DNA of 64,000 nucleotides from Synechococcus sp. (GTDB lineage Bacteria; Cyanobacteriota; Cyanobacteriia; PCC-6307; Cyanobiaceae). The notes under the pieces were generated by a model. The model searched no databases. It saw only the letters and a list, made by a program, of their open reading frames with translations, and had not been told where the DNA came from. Positions 53,285-60,935 of this stretch are shown here, in pieces (the stretch's first letter is position 1; each line of letters starts with the position of its first letter). The translations under genes were made by a program, and so were the position numbers. The stretch is from positions 1,408,001-1,472,000 of the forward strand of contig JBJBDL010000003.1 in NCBI GenBank assembly GCA_047285305.1. Direction: 5' to 3'.

Positions 53285-53794
53285 ATGGGCGCCCTTCGAC
53301 GTATGGCCTCGCTGCTAGCGGTGATCACGCTGGCATTTTGCACTGCTGTTTGGGCTGAATCAGTGCAGGCCATCACCGCTCCCGAGCTGCGTGGTCAGTT
53401 CGCAGTTCAGGAGATCAGCGCCGATATGCACGGTCTTGACCTCAAGGAAAAAGAGTTCCTCAAGGCAGATTTGCGGGAGGTAAATCTCAGCGGCACGGAC
53501 CTGCGCGGCGCTGTGATCAACACCTCTCAACTGCAAGGGGCCGATCTCCGTGATGCCAATCTCTCCGATGTTGTGGGCTTTGCCAGCCACTTCGAGGGAG
53601 CCGATCTCCGGGGGGCCAACTTCACCAACGCGATGATGATGCAGAGCCGCTTCACGGACGCGCAGATCGACGGTGCTGATTTCACCAACGCCGTGCTCGA
53701 TCTTCCCCAACAGCGGGCCCTTTGTGCTCGGGCGGATGGATCCAATCCGATCAGTGGTGTCTCTACCCGTGAGAGCCTGGGCTGCCGCCCTTAA
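53285..53794 (+). CDS. Secreted/lumenal pentapeptide repeat protein
   Basis: Signal peptide, A(D/N)LXX repeats, C-terminal LC...GSNP..GVSTRESLGC. Confidence 0.92.
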   Translation: MGALRRMASLLAVITLAFCTAVWAESVQAITAPELRGQFAVQEISADMHGLDLKEKEFLKADLREVNLSGTDLRGAVINTSQLQGADLRDANLSDVVGFASHFEGADLRGANFTNAMMMQSRFTDAQIDGADFTNAVLDLPQQRALCARADGSNPISGVSTRESLGCRP

Positions 53795-53799
53795 TCGTC

Positions 53800-54888
53800 A
53801 TGGCTAAGCGTCTGCCGGTGACAGTGATCACCGGGTTTCTTGGGGCCGGCAAGACCACGGTGCTCCGCCATCTGCTCACCCGTGGCGGTCAGCGATTGGC
53901 CGTGATGGTCAACGAATTCGGCAGTGTTGGGCTTGATGGTGATCTGATTCGCAGCTGCGGCTTCTGTCCTGAGGAAGAGGTGGATGGCCGTTTAGTTGAG
54001 CTGAACAACGGTTGCCTCTGCTGCACCGTGCAGGACGACTTCCTGCCGACGATGGAGACGTTGCTGGAACGAGCGGATCAGTTGGATGGGATCGTTGTTG
54101 AAACCAGCGGTCTCGCTTTGCCACGGCCTCTGCTTCAGGCATTGGATTGGCCGGCCATCCGCAGCCGTGTGCATGTGAATGGTGTGGTGACTCTGGTGGA
54201 TGGCGAAGCTTTGGCTGCAGGCAGCCCGGTGGCTGATGCTGAAGCGCTGGAGCGGCAACGGGCCGAGGATCCCAGCCTCGATCACCTCACAGCGATCGAC
54301 GACTTGTTTGAGGATCAACTCCAGGCCGCTGACCTGGTCTTGATCAGCCGGGCTGATTGCCTGGATGCATCAGCAATGGCTGAGGTGCAGGGGCGGATCA
54401 AAGACAAAGTGCGCCCGGCTACCGCTCTGCTGCCTGTGTCTCAGGGACAGGTGGAGACGTCCGTTGTGTTGGGCCTTGAGCACAAGCCCACCCACCAGGA
54501 GGCCCACACCCACCACGACCATCACGATCACAGCCATGTCGACATGGTCGGCAGCAATGTTCGCGTTGAAGGGGCATTGGAGCGTCATGCCCTCGAGCAG
54601 CTGTTGCCCGGCCTCGTCAGCAATCACCAGGTGGTTCGACTCAAGGGGCGTGTCTGGCTGCCCAGTAAAACGCTTCCGCTTCAGATCCAGATGGTGGGTC
54701 CGCGGTTGAACAGCTGGTTTGAAGCAGCTCCCAGCCATGCCTGGCGTCCCGATCAGGGCTGCGGTGCTGATCTGGTGGTGCTGGCTTTGAACGAGGCTGC
54801 AGCCCCGGCCCTGGAATCCGGACTTCAGAGGCTGGTACAGGCCACACCGGCCAAGGCCAGCCCCGCGGCAGCCACGCCGGAGAGCTGA
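53800..54888 (+). CDS. cobW: Cobalamin biosynthesis protein CobW (COG0523)
   Basis: GFLGAGKTT, NGCLCCTV, ETSGLALP, His-rich stretch. Confidence 0.92.
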   Translation: MAKRLPVTVITGFLGAGKTTVLRHLLTRGGQRLAVMVNEFGSVGLDGDLIRSCGFCPEEEVDGRLVELNNGCLCCTVQDDFLPTMETLLERADQLDGIVVETSGLALPRPLLQALDWPAIRSRVHVNGVVTLVDGEALAAGSPVADAEALERQRAEDPSLDHLTAIDDLFEDQLQAADLVLISRADCLDASAMAEVQGRIKDKVRPATALLPVSQGQVETSVVLGLEHKPTHQEAHTHHDHHDHSHVDMVGSNVRVEGALERHALEQLLPGLVSNHQVVRLKGRVWLPSKTLPLQIQMVGPRLNSWFEAAPSHAWRPDQGCGADLVVLALNEAAAPALESGLQRLVQATPAKASPAAATPES

Positions 54889-55691
54889 ATCGGGTCTCCT
54901 TCCATTCGTCCCACAAAAAGAGCCATCACAGGCGCTGTGGCCATCAGCGTCACCCCTTCTCCAACGGGCAACGTTTGAAGCACCACCTGTTGCAGCAGGA
55001 TTCCCCCGTTGGTTCCGACCACGGTGGCAATGACAAGCTTCCATGCCTCCCGTGGCTTCAGCTTGGTCTGTCTCCAGATCCCTTTGAGGAAGGGGAGAAG
55101 ACCAAACCATCCGCCCAGCAGCCGGATCGATGCCGTCTGCAATGGGGTGAGGTCGCTGCTGATCAGCACATGACGGGCCAGAAAGGCTCCGCTCAGGCCA
55201 CAGATCACGGCGAAGAGTGCCAACAGCAGACCGATGCCGAAGTCAACAGTGCTGCCCCCCCGCTTCCCTTGGCTGGTCTCTTTCGCCTGCATGGCAATGA
55301 GAACCACCGCGCTTGAAACCAGAAGCGCGCCGAGACCGTTCTTCACGGCCAAGCTGTCCCCCATCACCAGAACCCCAGCGATGCTGGCCAGCACCGGACC
55401 GCTGGCCTCTACGGTGAGGGTTCGTCGGGTGCCGAGTCGCCGCAACGCCTCGAGATAGAAGCTGTCCCCTGCCGCAATGCCGATCAAGCCGCTGATCAAC
55501 AGCAGCAGAACAGCATGCACGTTGGTGTTGTACGGAAGTGTGAGCAGAACCGGCAGAAACAGCAGGCTGGCCAAGCCGTTTTTCATGGCGTTGAGCCGGA
55601 TCGCCGTGACCCGCCCTGATAGCGATCGCCACAGCGCACTGGCTCCCGTCCAGGCGATGGCCGCTCCCAGGGCCGCCAGTACACCCGTCAT
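54825..55691 (-). CDS. EamA/DMT family transporter
   Basis: About 10 TM helices; SGLIGIAAGDSFYLEALRRLG. Confidence 0.85.
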   Translation of the reverse strand: MTGVLAALGAAIAWTGASALWRSLSGRVTAIRLNAMKNGLASLLFLPVLLTLPYNTNVHAVLLLLISGLIGIAAGDSFYLEALRRLGTRRTLTVEASGPVLASIAGVLVMGDSLAVKNGLGALLVSSAVVLIAMQAKETSQGKRGGSTVDFGIGLLLALFAVICGLSGAFLARHVLISSDLTPLQTASIRLLGGWFGLLPFLKGIWRQTKLKPREAWKLVIATVVGTNGGILLQQVVLQTLPVGEGVTLMATAPVMALFVGRMEGDPIQLSGVAAAGLALAGVACTSL

Positions 55692-55792
55692 GGTCTGATG
55701 TTGATCGTTCTGCAGTCTGCTGCGCAGTAGAGAACTCTGTTCACAATTCAGGAATGTGAGGCCCCGAGACCTGCACGGTGCTGGGGCAATTA

Positions 55793-55993
55793 ATGGAAAG
55801 CCTGTCGGGACATTTGGCGGTTCATCTTGAAAGTCGTGTTCCTCGCACGGAGCTTTATGAAGCGCGGATCGCTTCATCCAAGCCATCGCTTGGTTTTTTC
55901 ATTCTTCTGATCACCTCTGCGGTGATCGCCAGCCTCGGGCTGATTCCCAACAGCACGGCGGTTGTGATCTGGGCCATGATCGTCGCTCCGTGA
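55793..55993 (+). pseudogene. Truncated DUF389 (TIGR00341-like) membrane protein
   Basis: SAVIASLGL..NSTAVVIWAMIVAP* matches the family N-terminal motif (normally AVVIGAMxxAPLM) but stops after 66 aa. Confidence 0.7.
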
Positions 55994-56032
55994 GTTAACG
56001 CAATGGATGCTGGTTTGTGAACGGTTTGGCTA

Positions 56033-56986
56033 TCAGCGGGACGGCGTCAAAAAAGTGTTGATCAACTTGTTCGACAACATCCAGAGCATCGTCGCTTTGT
56101 CGCTGTTCTTCGCTTCCTCGGAGGGTTCCGTTGGTTTGAATTGATGCCGGCCAGGGCCCAACAGCGCATTGCTCCAGTAGCTGAATCCCGGTTGATCAAG
56201 TTGTGCATCGATGAGCTGCACCAGCAGTTCCCCTGCCCGCTCAACGCTTTCCGTCAAGCGCAAGAGATCCCGAGCGACCAACCCAAACAAAGCCTGCCCA
56301 AGTGGATTGGCTTGGCGACTGTTTCTGAAAAACCCCCCTGATGTGCGTGGAATCACCAGCCCCGGACTCCACGCCAAGACAGGTAAATCCTGACGCTGCC
56401 TGTGGATCTGCACGGCCATCAGCAGATTGCAGAGCTTGCTGTCTTTGTAGGCCTTGTCTGCATTGAACGGACTTTCTCCGTCCACCATCGGCGCCCCGGG
56501 GCCCTCGCGGAGCCCTTGTAGCGAGCCCAGGCCTGCAGGCTGGCCAACCCGTCCTCCGCCGGTGGCTGGATTGTGCACCTCAGAGGCGGTGATCACGATG
56601 GCTTGGCTTTGCTCCTTCAATCCTTCAGCCAGAAGTTGATGGGCCAGGTGGTTCACCGCAAAGGTGAGTTCAATGCCCTGTGCACTCCAACGTGGAGAGC
56701 CGTGGCCGGCGTATTGCAACCCTGCATTGAGCACTAGTGCATCGAATGTCATCTCGTCATGTCGGAGTTGTTCGATTGCTTTGGCCACAGACGCAAGGTC
56801 CGCCAGATCGGCAATGCAGGTGTCAACAGAACCCGACAGAGCCGTGCGGGTTAGCTCGGCCCGTTCTGCATTGCGGCAAACAATGGTGAGTGCATCACCA
56901 CGCGCCAGCAGGATTTTTGCCGCTTCAAGGCCAATGCCGCTGCTGGCACCGGTGATCAGAACGCGGCGCTGTTCAGCAGTCGTCAT
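56033..56986 (-). CDS. SDR oxidoreductase, light-dependent protochlorophyllide reductase-like
   Basis: TGASSGIG, NAG, FAVNHLAH, KAYKDSKLCN. Confidence 0.82.
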   Translation of the reverse strand: MTTAEQRRVLITGASSGIGLEAAKILLARGDALTIVCRNAERAELTRTALSGSVDTCIADLADLASVAKAIEQLRHDEMTFDALVLNAGLQYAGHGSPRWSAQGIELTFAVNHLAHQLLAEGLKEQSQAIVITASEVHNPATGGGRVGQPAGLGSLQGLREGPGAPMVDGESPFNADKAYKDSKLCNLLMAVQIHRQRQDLPVLAWSPGLVIPRTSGGFFRNSRQANPLGQALFGLVARDLLRLTESVERAGELLVQLIDAQLDQPGFSYWSNALLGPGRHQFKPTEPSEEAKNSDKATMLWMLSNKLINTFLTPSR

Positions 56987-57770
56987 GGAGTTTGAACACG
57001 TAGAGATCGGCGTCTCGATCGCTCACCAGGTACATCCTTTTCCGCCCGGGATCGAAGGCAACACCCTCCGGTTTGCGGATCCGTTTTGGCTTGTCTCCCG
57101 TGCTGATGGTGAGATCGAGGCGCTGGAGAACAGTGTCACCTGCCCAGTCGTACTGGAACAGGCACCGCCCCTTGTCGCTGACGATCCAGAGGGTGTCGCT
57201 GCTGCTGTCGTAGCTCAGGCCCGAGAAATCGAGCTTCTCGGCTTTCAGTTCGGGATGGATGAACCCTTGGCTGGGTTGCAGCACTCTTGTGGAGAGGATT
57301 GTCGTGAGTGTGGAATCCAGTTCGATCAGCAGACCGGGCTGGCGCTCTTTCACCACAACCACATGGTTGTTCCTGGTGTTCACGGTGATGCCCTCCAATC
57401 CTTTGTTGTCCGGAGGGTCTGGGAAGTGGTGCGCGATCGTGTCGTAGTTGGTCATGGCTGACAGCGGGCGCCGCGACCGTTCGGTCCGGCTGCTCAGATC
57501 CACCACGACTACAGAATTGCTCCCCTCCTGCACCACGAGCAGCTCGCTGTCATCGCCACGGAGTGCAATGCCTTCCAAGTCATCGAGGCCGATGAAGAAC
57601 GAGTCGCTCACCGACACCCTGCCTTTGAGATCCAGACGAAAAATCGCCTTGGTGTCATCACTGACGGTGTACAGCGCAGAGCCATCCGCGTTCAACGTCA
57701 GTCCGGATGGTTCATTCAGGCCGAGGCCTGGGTCACGAATCCGGTGACGTTTCAGCAGCTCAAGGCGCAT
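56973..57770 (-). CDS. SdiA-regulated (YjiK-like) beta-propeller protein
   Basis: EPSGLT, DLEGIA, NKGLEGIT, DFSGLSY, KPEGVAFD; start uncertain (57770-57860). Confidence 0.82.
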   Translation of the reverse strand: MRLELLKRHRIRDPGLGLNEPSGLTLNADGSALYTVSDDTKAIFRLDLKGRVSVSDSFFIGLDDLEGIALRGDDSELLVVQEGSNSVVVVDLSSRTERSRRPLSAMTNYDTIAHHFPDPPDNKGLEGITVNTRNNHVVVVKERQPGLLIELDSTLTTILSTRVLQPSQGFIHPELKAEKLDFSGLSYDSSSDTLWIVSDKGRCLFQYDWAGDTVLQRLDLTISTGDKPKRIRKPEGVAFDPGRKRMYLVSDRDADLYVFKLHDDC

Positions 57771-57871
57771 AGAGGTCATCCTCATCGGGACCCGTTCCTG
57801 GTGATTCTCGAGGCTTGGCGCGTGTTTGCCAGCCATCGCAAGTGAGGATGAAGGGATCACGGCTAGGCGCC

Positions 57872-58414
57872 ATGAATCGGATCGCTGTGTATTGCGGCTC
57901 CTTGAGCGGCGACTCGAACCTGTTCAAGCTTGCTGCCACTGAGCTGGGTGCACTGATCGCCACCCAGGGCATGACCCTGGTTTACGGCGGAGCTCGCATT
58001 GGCTTGATGGGAGCGGTTGCTGATGCCGCTTTGGCGTCTGGAGGGGAGGTGATCGGGGTGATCCCCGAGTCGTTAACGCAGGATGAAGTGGTGCACACCG
58101 GTTTGACCTATCTCGAGGTTGTGGGATCGATGCACGAGCGCAAAGCGCGGATGCTCGATCTGGCCGATGCAGCCGTGGCCCTGCCCGGAGGGCTGGGAAC
58201 CCTCGACGAGTTGTTTGAAGCCTTGACCTGGGCTCAGCTTCGTTTTCATGCCAAGCCGATCGGCATGCTCAACCTCGATGGCTACTTCGATGCTTTGCTG
58301 AGCTTTTTGGATCAAAGCGTTTCGATGGGCTTTCTCTCGGAGCGAAATCGCCAGCTTCTCCTGGATGCAACAACGCCAGAATTGCTGGTTGATCGACTCC
58401 TCAACGCGTCCTGA
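57872..58414 (+). CDS. LOG family nucleotide phosphoribohydrolase (TIGR00730)
   Basis: VYCGS, YGGARIGLMG, MHERK, PGGLGTLDE. Confidence 0.93.
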   Translation: MNRIAVYCGSLSGDSNLFKLAATELGALIATQGMTLVYGGARIGLMGAVADAALASGGEVIGVIPESLTQDEVVHTGLTYLEVVGSMHERKARMLDLADAAVALPGGLGTLDELFEALTWAQLRFHAKPIGMLNLDGYFDALLSFLDQSVSMGFLSERNRQLLLDATTPELLVDRLLNAS

Positions 58415-59109
58415 TGCAACGCACGGTTTTGCTTACCGGAGCCAGTCGTGGCATCGGACTTTCCATTGCCAGACGGTTGCTCAAGGATGGTCACCGACTC
58501 AGCCTTGGTCTGCGGGATCCGCTGGCTCTTAGGGGAACAGATCTGGACGTCGAGGCGGTGTTGCATCACGCCTACGACGCCAGCGACCCAGCCAGTGCTG
58601 AAGCCTGGGTTGACAGCACCGTTCGTCACTGGTGTGCAATTGACACCGTGATCCACTGCGCGGGGATTTTGCATCGAACCCCGCTGTTATTTGCGGATGG
58701 CGAAGAGCAGCAACTTGATGAACTCTGGGCGATAAACGTGAAGGGGCCCTGGTGGCTGACCCGTGCGGCCTGGCCGTACCTGGTGACCAGTGGTCATGGA
58801 CGAATCCAGGTGCTGGTGTCGATGAGTGGCAAACGCGTCAAAGGTCGAATGGCGGGCTATCCCGTGAGTAAATTCGCCTTGATGGGGCTCTGTCAGAGCA
58901 TGCGTAATGAAGGGTGGGACAAGGGGATTCGGGTGACCGCCATCTGTCCCAGTTGGGTCAACACCGATATGGCTTGTGCGGTGACGGCCGTTGAGCCTGC
59001 CGCAATGACCCAACCCGAGGATCTTGCTGCTCTTTCCAGCAGTTTGTTGTCGATGCCAAACGCTGCCGTTCCGTTCGAGTTGGCGATGAATTGTTCGCTC
59101 GAAACATGA
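58414..59109 (+). CDS. Short-chain dehydrogenase/reductase
   Basis: TGASRGIG, YPVSK, ICPSWVNTDM; coupled to the LOG gene by a TGATG overlap. Confidence 0.9.
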   Translation: MQRTVLLTGASRGIGLSIARRLLKDGHRLSLGLRDPLALRGTDLDVEAVLHHAYDASDPASAEAWVDSTVRHWCAIDTVIHCAGILHRTPLLFADGEEQQLDELWAINVKGPWWLTRAAWPYLVTSGHGRIQVLVSMSGKRVKGRMAGYPVSKFALMGLCQSMRNEGWDKGIRVTAICPSWVNTDMACAVTAVEPAAMTQPEDLAALSSSLLSMPNAAVPFELAMNCSLET

Positions 59110-59178
59110 GTTTTCTCACCATGACGATGTCGCATCCAGAGGACGTCGCTATGGATGACTAAGCGTCCCTGCCTTGCG

Positions 59179-59465
59179 ATGTGTCTTATGGCGGGGATTG
59201 GCTTGCTTGCCCCACGCCTTGTTTTGGTGCTGATGTGGTTGATCAACAGCAGCTTCGTGCTGCAGTCCTTCAGTGGCACCAGTGTTCCCAACCCGGTGCT
59301 TCCCATCCTGGGCCTGTTTTTCTACCCACCACAACCCTCGGCTATTGCTGGGCTGCGGCCTTGGTCGGAGGCGTGTCGTCGTTCAGTGGCCTATTGGTGG
59401 TGTTGTTCGGCCTGATCATCGACTTCGGGTTGAGCGGTAATGGCCGTGGTGCTGTTCGTTGTTGA
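59179..59465 (+). pseudogene. Small multi-TM membrane protein split by a frameshift in a T run
   Basis: Frame A MCLMAGIGLLAPRLVLVLMWL...PILGLF joins frame B FLPTTTLGYCWA...GLIIDFG if T5 at 59317-59321 were T6. Confidence 0.7.
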
Positions 59466-59929
59466 AAATCATCCCCGTGGAAAACTGCGCCATCTGTCAG
59501 CTGCATCTCGATCCCACAGCGCAAGAGCGGTACGAGATTCAGCGCTCTGAACTCTGGGTTTTGCGGCATCACCCGGACCCAGCACCTCTTCCAGGTTGGC
59601 TTCTCTTGGATTCACGAAGGCACTGTTCCGGACCCGTGGATTTCACGGTGGCCGAGGCTTCTGATTGGGGGTGCGCTGTTCGCGATGCCAGTGATCTCGT
59701 GAAACAGATCAGCGGATGCGAGCGCGTGTATGCCATCGCCTTTGGTGAGGGAGCCCAGCATCTTCATCTCCATCTCATCCCACGCCATTTGAATGAACCG
59801 GCCTCCAAAGCGTGGGCGGTTGCCGACTTGTACCGGGACATGGATCGCGGAGATCGAGCCGCTGCTGATCCTGCTGTTGTGGCAGAAATGGTGCGACGCT
59901 GCCGATCGTTGATCAGCGACCCAGGTTGA
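59459..59929 (+). CDS. HIT family hydrolase
   Basis: CAIC, HLHLHLIPR histidine triad. Confidence 0.9.
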   Translation: MLKIIPVENCAICQLHLDPTAQERYEIQRSELWVLRHHPDPAPLPGWLLLDSRRHCSGPVDFTVAEASDWGCAVRDASDLVKQISGCERVYAIAFGEGAQHLHLHLIPRHLNEPASKAWAVADLYRDMDRGDRAAADPAVVAEMVRRCRSLISDPG

Positions 59930-60335
59930 ATCGTTTGCGCGTCTTGGTGCCGTTGGAGACTTGCTTGAGATTGCCCAAGGGCCAGCCGAGGTGCCTGAGA
60001 TGGCTCACCGTGTTCGGTGATGCGTTGAAGCAGTTTTCGCTGTAGCTGCTGGCGATACCGATCTCTTTGAGGGTCAGTAACAGCAACCTCTGCTCCCGGC
60101 GTGTACCCCGACGGCTCGCGAGCAGCACGAAGTCGCGTTCGCGAAGCTGTTCACCGATCGCATCGATGTTCTCGGAGTACCCCAAGGAAATAGTTTGATC
60201 AATAGCGCGATAGGCGGTGTAGATCCGTCCCTCAGGATTGTTCTCGAGGGTTTGCACCCTTTCGCTTAGGGCAATCACGGCGTCCATTACCGGAGCCTGA
60301 AGCGCCTGTTCGATCTGATCAAGCTGCACGATCAC
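59913..60335 (-). CDS. Hypothetical protein, degenerate GIY-YIG/T5orf172-like pattern
   Basis: 140 aa; GRIY..ISLGYS..QL..LLASRRGTRREQRL; start overlaps the upstream stop (GTGA). Confidence 0.6.
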   Translation of the reverse strand: MIVQLDQIEQALQAPVMDAVIALSERVQTLENNPEGRIYTAYRAIDQTISLGYSENIDAIGEQLRERDFVLLASRRGTRREQRLLLLTLKEIGIASSYSENCFNASPNTVSHLRHLGWPLGNLKQVSNGTKTRKRFNLGR

Positions 60336-60568
60336 AACCCTCCCACGGCCAAACGTTCATCACAGGCAGCCTCGTAGGCGCGGATGGCTGCGCCTGGAAT
60401 GGAGCCATTGCTCTTGAGTTGGCGCACCGATAGCTCCACGCACTGAAGTACAACGCTTGTGAGCTCACGTCCTTCGCACAGGGCCCAGCCGCGAAGAAGC
60501 ACATGAAGGCTCGGTGGAACGGAGACCGTGAGCTTTACCTGGGTCTCTCGGGTGGAGGTTTTGATCAT
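60332..60568 (-). CDS. Ribbon-helix-helix (CopG/Arc-like) DNA-binding protein
   Basis: VKLTVSVPPSLHVLLRGWALCEGRELTSVVLQCVE fits a beta-alpha-alpha pattern; ATG at 60568. Confidence 0.7.
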   Translation of the reverse strand: MIKTSTRETQVKLTVSVPPSLHVLLRGWALCEGRELTSVVLQCVELSVRQLKSNGSIPGAAIRAYEAACDERLAVGGL

Positions 60569-60594
60569 GACCCGTCTGCTGCCGGAGCGTCCCA

Positions 60595-60623
60595 AGGGTA
60601 GCCCAAGAGTTACTACTGGGCAA
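60595..60623 (-). promoter_or_regulatory. Predicted sigma70-type promoter of the RHH operon
   Basis: TTGCCC-N17-TACCCT on the minus strand, ending about 27 nt before the ATG at 60568. Confidence 0.5.
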
Positions 60624-60670
60624 CTTGTAAGTAGCTCTCTGGCGACTCCTGGGTTGCTCTGAAGTTGCTC
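60596..60670. repeat. Seven GYNRC boxes at an exact 11-bp period (operator/iteron-like array)
   Basis: Cores start at 60598, 60609, 60620, 60631, 60642, 60653, 60664: GTAGC, GTTAC, GCAAC, GTAGC, GCGAC, GTTGC, GTTGC. Confidence 0.8.
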
Positions 60671-60935
60671 CGCTGCATTGCTGGACCCAGTGGCGTGATC
60701 GCCACGGTTGCTGCTCGTGTCCCTGATTTATGGGGCACCCCTGGGAGGCACCAGGCCTGAAAAATCTGGCTGTCATTGTTGTGTCTATATGTCGTCAATT
60801 CAGCCCTGCTTTGGCTGCCATCTTTCGTTGTCCCGGTGATTCCAGGTGTCGACTTTTCATCGCTTGGCTAAAGTTGTTTTTATGCATATTTCGCATCAAT
60901 GAGGATAAAATACTGCTGTGACGACATCCGCTTCG

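Noticed and set aside
53746..53800. Cobalamin riboswitch before cobW
   Set aside because: Only 5 nt separate cobW from the upstream gene, and no B12-box is visible.
54505..54537. CAC/GAC-rich repeat in cobW
   Set aside because: It encodes the ordinary His-rich linker of COG0523 proteins.
60596..60670. Periodic array as a CRISPR or a coding repeat
   Set aside because: The unit is 11 bp with a 5-bp core, there are no spacer-sized inserts and no cas genes, and the period is not a multiple of 3.
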